From: Nitrospirota bacterium
GTDB taxonomy: Bacteria; Nitrospirota; UBA9217
Length of the DNA stretch: 64,000 nucleotides
NCBI GenBank assembly: GCA_963737155.1
Contig: CAVTRN010000002.1
Location: forward strand, 2,976,001 to 3,040,000
Reading direction: 5' to 3'
A program made the translations under genes and the position numbers. The notes beneath the pieces are model-generated. The model had not been told where the DNA came from. It did no database searches and worked only from the letters and a program-made list of their open reading frames with translations. The first letter of the stretch is position 1; each line of letters starts with the position of its first letter. Below, in pieces: positions 26,148 to 35,229 of this stretch.

Positions 26148-27088
26148 TAGAACTCCAGGACGCTCTGCGCAAAAAGGAAATCTGGGCAATTGGCGGCGGC
26201 AAGGGCGGGATCGGCAAAAGCCTGATCACCGGCAATATTGGCATCTGCCTTGCCCAGCTCAAGAAAAAAGTTCTCCTCGTTGATGCTGATCTGGGTGGCG
26301 CGAACCTCCATACCACGCTCGGTATCGGCGTCCCCGAGACGACACTGTCGGACTTCCTGAATCGCCGCGTGAACCGCATTCAGGACGTTATCATTGACAC
26401 GAACATCCCGAACCTTAGTCTGATCAGCGGGGCCCAGGATTTTCTCGATGCTGCAAACCCCAATTATGCGCAGAAGACCCGGCTACTCAGACACCTCACG
26501 ACCCTGGACGCCGATTATATCCTGCTTGATCTCGGTGCCGGGACTTCCTTCAACATACTTGACTTCTTCCTCTTCTCGGACCACGGCATACTGGTCGTTC
26601 TGCCCGAGCCCACGGCTATCGAGAACGCCTACCGGTTCATCAAGAGCGCCTTTTACCGCAGGTTTAAGAAGGTTGTGGCGAACCAGAACATCAAGGATCT
26701 TATCGACACAGCCATGGATCAGAAAAACAGTATGGGCATACACACCCCCTATGACCTGATCGAGCATGTAAAGACCGTGGAACGCGAGGTCGGCGAAATC
26801 CTCGAATTAGAGGTGCTCAAATTCAGGCCCAAACTCGTGGTAAACCAGGTTCGGACCAAGAACGACATCCAGATCGGCTTCTCTATGAAGAGCGCCTGCC
26901 AGAAATACTTCGGAATCAATCTCGAGTATCTTGGATACGTGGAATACGACGACTGCGTGTGGCAATCCATCCGAAGCAAGCGGCCGCTCGCTATCGAATA
27001 CCCTTACTCGCGGCCGTCGCGGTGCATCGAACGCATAGTCCACAATTTGCTTCGGAAGGAGCAGCTGACACTAAGCGTACTCTACTAG
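26144..27088 (+). CDS. MinD/ParA/FlhG-like P-loop ATPase
   Basis: GGKGGIGKS deviant Walker A, VDADLGGANL, LDLGAG, PEPTAIENAY; ATGA overlap with scpB. Confidence 0.9.
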   Translation: MIELQDALRKKEIWAIGGGKGGIGKSLITGNIGICLAQLKKKVLLVDADLGGANLHTTLGIGVPETTLSDFLNRRVNRIQDVIIDTNIPNLSLISGAQDFLDAANPNYAQKTRLLRHLTTLDADYILLDLGAGTSFNILDFFLFSDHGILVVLPEPTAIENAYRFIKSAFYRRFKKVVANQNIKDLIDTAMDQKNSMGIHTPYDLIEHVKTVEREVGEILELEVLKFRPKLVVNQVRTKNDIQIGFSMKSACQKYFGINLEYLGYVEYDDCVWQSIRSKRPLAIEYPYSRPSRCIERIVHNLLRKEQLTLSVLY

Positions 27089-27099
27089 GGAGTGGTGCT

Positions 27100-27801
27100 G
27101 TGATAAAAAAAATAGAGGACTTGAACTTCTACGAGCTGCTGGAAGTAAGCCCATTAGCCACCACACAGGAAATCCATAAAGCATATGAACGGGTCAGAAA
27201 GGTGTACGAACCGAATTCAATCGCCTTGTACTCTCTCTTTACGCCAAAAGAAACCGCCGCGATCCATCAGCGGGTAGAGGACGCATACCATACGCTTATC
27301 TATGAAGACAACCGGCGAAAATATGACGCCATGCTAAGAGAGCTGAATGAGTTGTCCGAACCGCCGATTCCTTCCAAGCCCCAGACATATCAACACCGGC
27401 TCGGCCAGCAGTCGATAACGTTCCCGGACGAGTATTTTACTCTCTCTGAGAGGGATTCAAAACCCCAGATCACCGCCGTGGTCGCCGCAGTGTCCGCGTC
27501 TGTTCTGGAACCGTCTGCTCCCGAGTCAGCGTTCATTGGAGAATTCACCGGTCCCGCCATCAAAGCCTTGAGAGAACAGCGCGGCCAGAATCTGCGATTC
27601 ATAGCGGATCTCACAAAAGTAAGCGCACGATATCTTGAATTCATTGAAGAAGAAAATTTTCAGAAGCTTCCAGCACGGACTTACACTAGGGGTTTTCTCA
27701 TGCTCTACGCCAAAGCCCTCGGTTGCGCCAATGCTGAGCAGCTTGCAAGCGACTACCTGAAGCGATACGACGCAGCCATGAAATCACCAGCGAAAAAATA
27801 A
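27100..27801 (+). CDS. J-like domain plus RodZ-type HTH protein
   Basis: N-terminal NFYELLEVSP..EIHKAY (HPD replaced by EPN); C-terminal LREQRG..IEEENFQKLP..YTRGFL..YAKALG. Confidence 0.8.
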   Translation: MIKKIEDLNFYELLEVSPLATTQEIHKAYERVRKVYEPNSIALYSLFTPKETAAIHQRVEDAYHTLIYEDNRRKYDAMLRELNELSEPPIPSKPQTYQHRLGQQSITFPDEYFTLSERDSKPQITAVVAAVSASVLEPSAPESAFIGEFTGPAIKALREQRGQNLRFIADLTKVSARYLEFIEEENFQKLPARTYTRGFLMLYAKALGCANAEQLASDYLKRYDAAMKSPAKK

Positions 27802-27818
27802 TATCGGTCATGCATGTG

Positions 27819-27844
27819 GAAAGGGGCATCTCCCACCCCTTTTT
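27819..27844 (+). terminator. Putative intrinsic terminator
   Basis: AAAGGGG...CCCCTTTTT. Confidence 0.5.
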
Positions 27845-28382
27845 GCTAGCTTTTTACTCCACTCTACCGCATGTTATCAACTGCCTACTGCCTAACGTCG
27901 GCCACTTTTCTCAGTTCTCGCTCCTTTCAAAAAACACATAATGCTGGATAGATAATCAACCCGAGCATCGTCGAGGTTATAGCAATGGAATTCTTGAGGA
28001 GAGCCTAAATAGCTTGGTTCAGAAAGCCAGATATAAGGCACGGGATGTCGAACATTCGCAAACATCTTAACAATTATTCCTACATGCTTACTTGCAAGTT
28101 CGACTGCAGTAAAGTCGGCTTACCCGATTGAGTTAAGAAAGGACCGCAACGTTGTTCTCATTGCAGCTCCTCTGGATGCTATTTATCGTAATGTTTAGAC
28201 GATCAGGAATGAGGTCCTTGATCATGAAATATAAAACTATTATGAACAGGCAAGACAGATTGTAGTGCTTATTTTGGAGCGTCTGTTGAGGGAGCTATAG
28301 TATTTAATGCAGTCGTACCAATGATCGAGAAAATATACGTGCTTATCTATAATATTTATATTTGAAGATCTCGTAAAAAAGG

Positions 28383-28409
28383 ATTCCTCGCAGCAGAGCT
28401 ACGGGGTAT
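28383..28409. repeat. REP-like or IS200/IS605-end-like imperfect hairpin
   Basis: ATTCCTCGCAGC-AGA-GCTACGGGGTAT. Confidence 0.4.
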
Positions 28410-28595
28410 AACCTCCGTGATCAAATTTTCCAGAACAGCCATACCAGTACGATCCCCTTCCTTATGATTCCTGATCGATTCAATCGGTGATAGGGTTCCT
28501 CATACAAAGAGAACAGTATTCTCGCTGCGATTTTACGCGGGAATCCAGCTTTGGGGTGTCGTTCGAGTGCTGAGAATCCTGTTTCTCCAGTGAAA

Positions 28596-29249
28596 TTATT
28601 GCTGTTTCTTTTCCAGCTTCTTCCAGTCTGTCAGGAACTTGTTGATGCCGATGTCGGTCAGGGGATGCTTCACAAGCTGATCTATAACGTTAAAGGGGAT
28701 TGTGGCGATATGGGCACCGGCAAGTGCCGCATCAACGACATGGAGCGGGTTTCTGACGCTCGCAACGATGATCTCGGTTTCGAACCCGTAGTTATTATAG
28801 ATCTCAAGAATCTGGCGCACCAAATCCATGCCGTAATGACTGATGTCATCGAGCCTACCGACAAAAGGGCTCACGTAGGCCGCACCGACCTTGGCCGCGA
28901 GCAGCGCCTGGCTAGGAGAGAAGACGAGTGTCATGTTCACCTTGATGTCTTTTTCAGCAAGAATCTTTGTCGCCTTCAGCCCGTCCTTGGTGAGGGGAAG
29001 CTTTACCACGATGTTTTTGTGAATCTTCGCGAGTTCGACGCCCTCGGCAACCATTTTGTCCGCCTCCAGGCTTACAGCCTCTGCGCTGATTGGACCATCG
29101 ACGATAGAGCAAATCTCTGCGATAACCTGATTGAAATCACGGCCTTCCTTCGCCACGAGCGACGGGTTTGTCGTGACTCCATCCACGACCCCGAGGCTTG
29201 CCGCCTCGCGGATTTCCTTCACATTTGCTGTGTCGATAAAAAATTTCAT
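28596..29249 (-). CDS. tal: Transaldolase / fructose-6-phosphate aldolase (short type)
   Basis: [20 protein letters not shown] and [11 protein letters not shown] motifs. Confidence 0.92.
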   Translation of the reverse strand: MKFFIDTANVKEIREAASLGVVDGVTTNPSLVAKEGRDFNQVIAEICSIVDGPISAEAVSLEADKMVAEGVELAKIHKNIVVKLPLTKDGLKATKILAEKDIKVNMTLVFSPSQALLAAKVGAAYVSPFVGRLDDISHYGMDLVRQILEIYNNYGFETEIIVASVRNPLHVVDAALAGAHIATIPFNVIDQLVKHPLTDIGINKFLTDWKKLEKKQQ

Positions 29250-30514
29250 TCCTGATTCTCCTTGTTGTCCAACGTTATCGGTCTACCGGTGGCCCTGCGC
29301 CCTGAGCTCGCCATTTCCGCATTCCTTAGCGCCTCTTCCACCACCTGTATCGTATGCATCGCCTCTATTTTCGAGCCTGCCAGCTTCAGAGCATTGGCTA
29401 TCTGCATGCGACAGCCCGGACATCCAGTTACCACAGTCGACGCCTCTGTAGCGATGATATTTTTTGCTTTATCTTCCGCGATACCATCGGACAGCTTCTG
29501 ATGCGTAATCCGCATAACGCCACCGAAACCACAGCACCGGTCTGCGTTGCTCATCTCCACGAGCGTAAGCCCGGGGAGCGAACGGAGAATGCCGCGCACC
29601 ATTCCGGACAATCCCTGCCCCCTGCCGAGGTGACAGGGGTTGTGATAGGTCACCGTTCTTCGGACAAAGCCCATCGGCATGTCTGGAAGCGCATGAGCGA
29701 TGAATTCATGGATATCGAGGACAACAGGCACCTTCCCTGACAGCCGAAGCAGTTTAGGGTATTCCTCTTTAAAAGTCAAGCCGCAGGAGGCGCAGGCAGT
29801 GACGATGGCGTCTACTCGAAGTGCTTCGAAAAGCGCAGAGTTGTGAGCAGCCAGTTCCACCGCAGCCCTGCGGTCACCAAGAGAAAGTATTGATCTGCCG
29901 CAACAGCGCAGGCCGTCCGGAACAACCACCTCATACCCGAGCCTGCCAAGGACCGATGTCACGGCCCTCCCAATATCCTTTTGTATCGTGTTAATCGCAC
30001 ATCCGGGGAAAAACGCCACTCTGCCTCTGTTCTTTTGCCTACACCCTGACTTCTCTCCCTTTGAACTTTGAACTTTGAACTCTGACCTCCCCTTCGTATA
30101 ATGCAACGCCACGGGAGCGAGCCACGCAGTTGCGCTCAACGCAGCCGGATGCTTCAGCACATTGTAAACAATCCTGTCGATGATCCCAGTTCCCAATTCC
30201 GCGACAACCTGTTCCTTCGCAGCCTGGATGATCTTCACGACCGGCACACTGTTGGGGCAGGATGCCTCGCAAGCAAAGCAGGTAGTGCAAGTTGCAAGGC
30301 GGTCCTTGAATATCGCCGACAACGCGAGTTTTCTGTCAAGGACGGCTTTTACGAGCGCCATTCTGCCGCGGGCGGAATACGATTCACCCCGCTCATGGAG
30401 ATAGGTGGGGCACACAGCGCTGCAGGTCCCGCACTTGACGCAGCGCTCGATCTCGCGACGGTATGTTTCAAGCAACGGGGCAGGCAGGAAATGGGGTGAT
30501 ATTTTTTTTGTCAT
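29246..30514 (-). CDS. GlcF/HdrD-like (Fe-S)-binding protein with two CCG domains
   Basis: [52 protein letters not shown]; start MTKKI at 30514. Confidence 0.88.
   Translation of the reverse strand: MTKKISPHFLPAPLLETYRREIERCVKCGTCSAVCPTYLHERGESYSARGRMALVKAVLDRKLALSAIFKDRLATCTTCFACEASCPNSVPVVKIIQAAKEQVVAELGTGIIDRIVYNVLKHPAALSATAWLAPVALHYTKGRSEFKVQSSKGEKSGCRQKNRGRVAFFPGCAINTIQKDIGRAVTSVLGRLGYEVVVPDGLRCCGRSILSLGDRRAAVELAAHNSALFEALRVDAIVTACASCGLTFKEEYPKLLRLSGKVPVVLDIHEFIAHALPDMPMGFVRRTVTYHNPCHLGRGQGLSGMVRGILRSLPGLTLVEMSNADRCCGFGGVMRITHQKLSDGIAEDKAKNIIATEASTVVTGCPGCRMQIANALKLAGSKIEAMHTIQVVEEALRNAEMASSGRRATGRPITLDNKENQE
30059..30086. repeat. Heptamer tandem repeat inside the Fe-S gene
   Basis: ctttgaa x3 followed by ctctgac. 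Confidence 0.7.
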
Positions 30515-30519
30515 TGAAA

Positions 30520-31050
30520 GATTACGCCGGGATCCCGAGGGACACCACGCATAGAGTTCATCGATATCGACATTGTCCAGTACGATAAAGCCGTCTGGAC
30601 AGTTCATTCCGGTGAGGCGTCGGCCTGTCGTTGATTCCACCAGCAATACGGCCATGAATGCCCACGGCCCGATCGAGCGTTATGTTCCAGCGCGGCTAGT
30701 TGCCGTTTCTAGGTCCCATTTTTCTCAGCTCATATACATCCGGCGATATGATTCCGGATTGGAGCCCGTATTTGGCATGTTTCAGGTCGGGATGGCTCAA
30801 CCCAAAAAACTTGTAGAACCGCAAACGTTAAAATTCCCCTCGCGGTTGCGCCGATCGCCCCGCCTCCGTTTATCACCGCACCTGCCCCCCAAGCCGAACA
30901 ACTCACGATAGTACTTGACAGGCCGGTCCCCTTTATGGCACGCCAGGAAACAGGCATATTTATCGAAAACGATTCTGCTGTCTCGGAACGACGCTATCCG
31001 CGACAGTAGCGTTTCGGATTTCGGTGCAGAGGAACCTAATAATGGGGACA
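30520..31050 (-). pseudogene. Decayed L,D-transpeptidase (YkuD family)
   Basis: Across frames: IVFDK..KGDRPVKYY..GDKRRRGDRR..EGNF / FYKFFGLSHPD / AVGIHG / NCPDGFIVLDNVDIDELY; several frameshifts; catalytic GC reads GF; boundaries approximate. Confidence 0.65.
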
Positions 31051-31136
31051 TGCGGCAAACGAGCAGAAGCAGATCTAACAACCTCGCGAGATAAAAAAAG
31101 TTCTTTTTGAATCCAGATTGCTCAGTAAACCCCACG

Positions 31137-31397
31137 TTAAGTGTTGTTTTTTTCTTCATATCGCTGAGCGCAGGCATCACTGCAGAAGGAGCAAAGCTTT
31201 CCTCCAATGCGGCGGGTAACGGCGCGGGCCTTTGGTATGTAAGTTCGGCATTCGAGGTCCTGCACCATCTCTTCACCCATGAGGCGATCGCTTTTCCGAT
31301 CCTCCCCATGGTAGGATCTAACCGCTGAACGAAACACGGTTTTAAAGACATAGTAGACCACAGCAACACAAAAAAGAATAAACAGGTCACGTATCAT
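31137..31397 (-). CDS. Small membrane-anchored YHS/TRASH-like protein
   Basis: N-terminal TM; MVQDLECRTYIP...FCSDAC. Confidence 0.8.
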   Translation of the reverse strand: MIRDLFILFCVAVVYYVFKTVFRSAVRSYHGEDRKSDRLMGEEMVQDLECRTYIPKARAVTRRIGGKLCSFCSDACAQRYEEKNNT

Positions 31398-31963
31398 CGA
31401 GCTTCCTTTTTGGAGATTTTTTTGAGCTCAGCGATGTTCGATCGCAAGAGTTCCGCCTGCGGATAATTGGGCGACAGCTTCAGAATCTCCTCCCATTCAT
31501 GAATGGCGGCCTGATAATTCTTTTTATCGTTGGCATAGACGACCCCCATATTGAAGCGGGCGTATAAGTGCGAGGGATCATATTCCAGTACAACGCGGTA
31601 TTCAAACAACGCCCGGTCATAGTACCCCAGGTTGCGATAGGAGGTCCCCATGTCTGTCCGAACGTCCGCGTTCCGGGGGTCGATCTGCAGCGCCCGCTCA
31701 TAAGACGTGATGGCATTCCGCCAGTCTCCGCTGTCGTAATAGGCATTTCCAAGTGCTATTAGCGTGGCAAGATTATCCGGATCTTCCGCAAGGATGGTCC
31801 GGTATTCATCGATCAGGCCTGCATAGTTCGGTATCTTGGCTTGTTCCGTATCGCCGGCCTGCTGCGACCGGGGTAGCGTGGAATGGTATTTTTTCTCTTG
31901 CGTTTTCGTGCAGCCCGCGAGAAGGGAAAAGCAAAGAATCATTGTAACAAAAATAGTGTTCAT
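31394..31963 (-). CDS. TPR-repeat lipoprotein
   Basis: Lipobox LAGC; TPR repeats (LGNAYYD, MGTSYRN, MGVVYAN). Confidence 0.88.
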   Translation of the reverse strand: MNTIFVTMILCFSLLAGCTKTQEKKYHSTLPRSQQAGDTEQAKIPNYAGLIDEYRTILAEDPDNLATLIALGNAYYDSGDWRNAITSYERALQIDPRNADVRTDMGTSYRNLGYYDRALFEYRVVLEYDPSHLYARFNMGVVYANDKKNYQAAIHEWEEILKLSPNYPQAELLRSNIAELKKISKKEAR

Positions 31964-32094
31964 GACAGTTAAACAGCCTGTTTGGCTTCATCTGCGGCAA
32001 AAGTCCGGAATGAAATGCTGATAATTCGCAGCCCCGCGCATGAGGACAAGCGCTCTGCGGAAGCTGATGCAGCATCAGGCACCATACCGCAGCA

Positions 32095-33654
32095 TCAATG
32101 TCTGAAGTGCCTCATACCCGTCATAATCATGGCTATTCCGTGTTCGTCCGCCGCCATGATTGTCTCCTCGTCCTTGAGCGATCCTCCGGGCTGGATCACC
32201 GCTGTGACGCCTGCCTGGGCCGCTTCGTCGAGCCCGTCACGGAAGGGGAAAAATGCATCTGATGCAAGCACGGACCCCTTGAGTGGGAACTGCGCCTTCA
32301 TCTTTGCGATACGGACCGAATCGAGACGGCTCATCTGTCCGGCTCCGATGCCGATCGTGCGGTCCCTGGTCGTAAACACAATGGCATTGGACTTAACGTG
32401 TTTGCACACCTTCCAAGCGAAATCGAGCGCTTCGTATTCTTCGTCCGTAGGCTTCCGTTTCGTTGCCACGCGAAGGGCGCGGACGTCGGCGATTCGTCCA
32501 AGATCGCGGTCCTGATAAATAAGCCCGCCGACTACCTTTTTCAGGTCCATGCCTTCGGCAGCACCCCTGACTGTTGGACCGATATCGAGGAGTCGCAGGT
32601 CTTTTTTCTTTCTGAGTTCATCGACCGCATCGGGCGCAAATTCCGGTGCCACGACCACTTCAACGAAAGTTGCTGTTAATTCTTTTGCCGTTTCAAAATC
32701 CACCATACGGTTAAAGGCTATAACGCCACCAAAGGCCGAAACGGGATCGCAGTCGCGCGCCTTGCGGTAGGCGTCGGCAAGCGTTGAGGCAACAGCCACA
32801 CCGCAGGGGTTGTTGTGCTTTACGATCACGGCGGCTGTTTCCTCGTACTCTTTTACAAGTTCAAGGGCGCTGTTCGCGTCGAGATAATTATTGAAAGACA
32901 TTTCCTTGCCCTGACGTTGCTTTGAGCTGGCTATAGAGGGCTCCTTTCGTCCAAACTCGCGGTAGAAAGCACCCTGCTGGTGCGGGTTCTCCCCGTAGCG
33001 CAGATTCTGCACCTTCTCGAACTGAAGCGTGAGGATGTTGGGGAAGCGAGTTTTTTCATCGGACGGTACCTGGCTATCGAGCCAGGCCGAGATCGCACTA
33101 TCATAGCGAGCAGTGTGAAGGAATACGGTGCGGCAAAGTTCAAAGCGGGTCTTAGCCGATACCTCCCCGGTTTTTTGAATTTCTTCGAGCACTCGACCGT
33201 AATCGCGTGGCGACACAACCACTGCAACATCATTATGATTTTTGGCTGCGGAACGCAGCATCGTAGGACCTCCGATATCGATGTTTTCGATGGCTTCCTC
33301 AAAGGTACAGCCTGGCTTCGCTACAGTCTGTTCAAAAGGATAGAGGTTCACGACCACGAGGTCGATCGGCTCGATCCCATGCTGCTTCATCTGTTTCACG
33401 TGGTCGGGGTTGTTCCGTTTTCCGAGAAGGCCGCCGTGAACCTTGGGGTGCAATGTTTTGACCCTCCCGTCTAGCATCTCAGGAAAGCCGGTAAACTCTG
33501 ACACATCCTTCACCGGAACCCCGGCGTCTCGCAACATTTTTGCGGTGCCACCAGTGGAAATTATTTCGATGCCAAGCTTGGAGATGCTTCTTGCAAAATC
33601 TAGGATCCCGTCCTTGTTTGAAACACTGATGAGTGCGCGCGTTACCTTAGCCAC
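32095..33654 (-). CDS. purH: Bifunctional AICAR transformylase/IMP cyclohydrolase
   Basis: ALISVSNK, GRVKTLHP, IDIGGP, LRYGENPHQ, SDAFFPF, GMRHFRH; GGAGG RBS before GTG. Confidence 0.98.
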   Translation of the reverse strand: MAKVTRALISVSNKDGILDFARSISKLGIEIISTGGTAKMLRDAGVPVKDVSEFTGFPEMLDGRVKTLHPKVHGGLLGKRNNPDHVKQMKQHGIEPIDLVVVNLYPFEQTVAKPGCTFEEAIENIDIGGPTMLRSAAKNHNDVAVVVSPRDYGRVLEEIQKTGEVSAKTRFELCRTVFLHTARYDSAISAWLDSQVPSDEKTRFPNILTLQFEKVQNLRYGENPHQQGAFYREFGRKEPSIASSKQRQGKEMSFNNYLDANSALELVKEYEETAAVIVKHNNPCGVAVASTLADAYRKARDCDPVSAFGGVIAFNRMVDFETAKELTATFVEVVVAPEFAPDAVDELRKKKDLRLLDIGPTVRGAAEGMDLKKVVGGLIYQDRDLGRIADVRALRVATKRKPTDEEYEALDFAWKVCKHVKSNAIVFTTRDRTIGIGAGQMSRLDSVRIAKMKAQFPLKGSVLASDAFFPFRDGLDEAAQAGVTAVIQPGGSLKDEETIMAADEHGIAMIMTGMRHFRH

Positions 33655-33754
33655 GGGGTGAACCTCCAAAAATAGATAAGAATTTCAAGCGGAATGCGTA
33701 GAATTTTAACCTAACAAAAGGGGAAAGTCAATTTTAATAGACCTGCCGGCGGAC

Positions 33755-35134
33755 TTAACCTACCACATTATATTCCCGCACGCGAAACTTTGCGCCCAGA
33801 TCCCCAGAGATCTTCCGGCAGGTTTCGATATCTACGCCCGGCGCGGACACGACAGTGGCGGTTACGTCAGGGATATACTTTATTGCCTCGCAGATAAAAT
33901 CCTTGACGCCTTCGTAAGTTGCAGGACCGAACTTGGGCTGAGTAAGCTTATCATAAAGTTCGGCGTTCTGGGCGTTGAGACTCACGCTCATGGCGTCCAC
34001 GAGACCGGCGAGTTCGGGCAAGATATTTCGTTTGTGGATCAAATTTCCATGACCGTTGGTATCGATGCGGACTTTCCCGCCCCGCCGCTTCACTTCGGCG
34101 GAAACGGCTTTCACCACGTCGAGTCTCAACATCGGCTCGCCATATCCGCAGAACACAATCTCCGTATAACGCTTCGGATCGCCAATCTCCTTGACGAGCT
34201 CTTCAGCTGACGGCTCATCGGCAAGTCTCAGATTGTGCCCCTTCACGAAATTGGTGTGATAGCGCACGCAAAACGTACACGCAGCCGAGCAGCGGTTCGT
34301 GATATTTAGGTAGAGGGAGTTCCTGATGGGATAAGTAATCTGGCCGTGCTTTGGCATCGTGCCGATGCCGAAAAGCTGCATAGCATTATAGCTCGTGATC
34401 CGGGCAACGTCTTCGAAAGTAAGACCCTTGATCTGCGCGATCATTTCTGCTGTATGGCGGACAAAGGCTGGCTCGTTCCGTTTCCCTCTCATGGGTTGGG
34501 GAGCAAGATAGGGCGCATCTGTCTCTATGAGCATGTACTCGATTGGAATCTGCTTCACGACCTCGCGCAGTGATTGCGCCTTGGGAAAGGTCACAGGGCC
34601 CGCAATGGAAATGGAGAAGCCCATTTCGATCACCTTCATCGCCATAGCAACGTCACCGGAGAAGCAGTGCATTACCCCACCCAAGTCGGGGGACCAATCC
34701 TCGGAGAGAATCCGAAGCATGTCGTCATGGGCTTCGCGATCATGAATGATGACAGGGAGGTCGAGCTCCCGGGCTTCATGCAGCATGTCGCGGAACTTCC
34801 TTTTCTGGTCCGTGCGGGGAGAATGTTCATAGTGATAGTCTAGCCCAATCTCGCCATAGGCCACAACCTTCTTATGCTGCGCGAAATGCCTGATAATCTC
34901 GTAGGCGGGGTGAAGGATGTCCTTCACTTCATGGGGATGGATGCCGATTGCCGCATAGATGAAGTCGTACTTGTCCGCCAGCATCACCGCGTCGCGGCTC
35001 GACTCAACCGTAGTGCCGATGGTTACAATATATTCAACGCCTGCTTCGCACGCGCGCCTGATCACGTCCTCGCGGTCGTCGTTAAATTCGCGCATCTCTA
35101 GGTGAGCGTGAGTGTCGATGAGCATTGTTTCCAC
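33755..35134 (-). CDS. tatD: TatD DNase fused to a TatD-associated radical SAM domain
   Basis: DTHAH, GIHPH, GEIGLDY, ETDAPY; C-terminal YLNITNRCSAACTFC and FCGYGEP. Confidence 0.92.
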   Translation of the reverse strand: METMLIDTHAHLEMREFNDDREDVIRRACEAGVEYIVTIGTTVESSRDAVMLADKYDFIYAAIGIHPHEVKDILHPAYEIIRHFAQHKKVVAYGEIGLDYHYEHSPRTDQKRKFRDMLHEARELDLPVIIHDREAHDDMLRILSEDWSPDLGGVMHCFSGDVAMAMKVIEMGFSISIAGPVTFPKAQSLREVVKQIPIEYMLIETDAPYLAPQPMRGKRNEPAFVRHTAEMIAQIKGLTFEDVARITSYNAMQLFGIGTMPKHGQITYPIRNSLYLNITNRCSAACTFCVRYHTNFVKGHNLRLADEPSAEELVKEIGDPKRYTEIVFCGYGEPMLRLDVVKAVSAEVKRRGGKVRIDTNGHGNLIHKRNILPELAGLVDAMSVSLNAQNAELYDKLTQPKFGPATYEGVKDFICEAIKYIPDVTATVVSAPGVDIETCRKISGDLGAKFRVREYNVVG

Positions 35135-35229
35135 CTGTACTTCTGAACAGAGGTCGCAACCAAAGAGGACCGCCCTTACAACATAATTGCGTATTGATTA
35201 TGAAACGTGGGTACACAGGTGTTTAAAAC

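Noticed and set aside
30515-30655. N-terminal extension of the Fe-S protein, and ORF 30797..31390
   Set aside because: Both are explained by pieces of the L,D-transpeptidase pseudogene.
33670-33754. ZTP riboswitch upstream of purH
   Set aside because: The spacer holds only a promoter (TTGACT, 17 nt, TAAAAT) and has no room or motif for a riboswitch.
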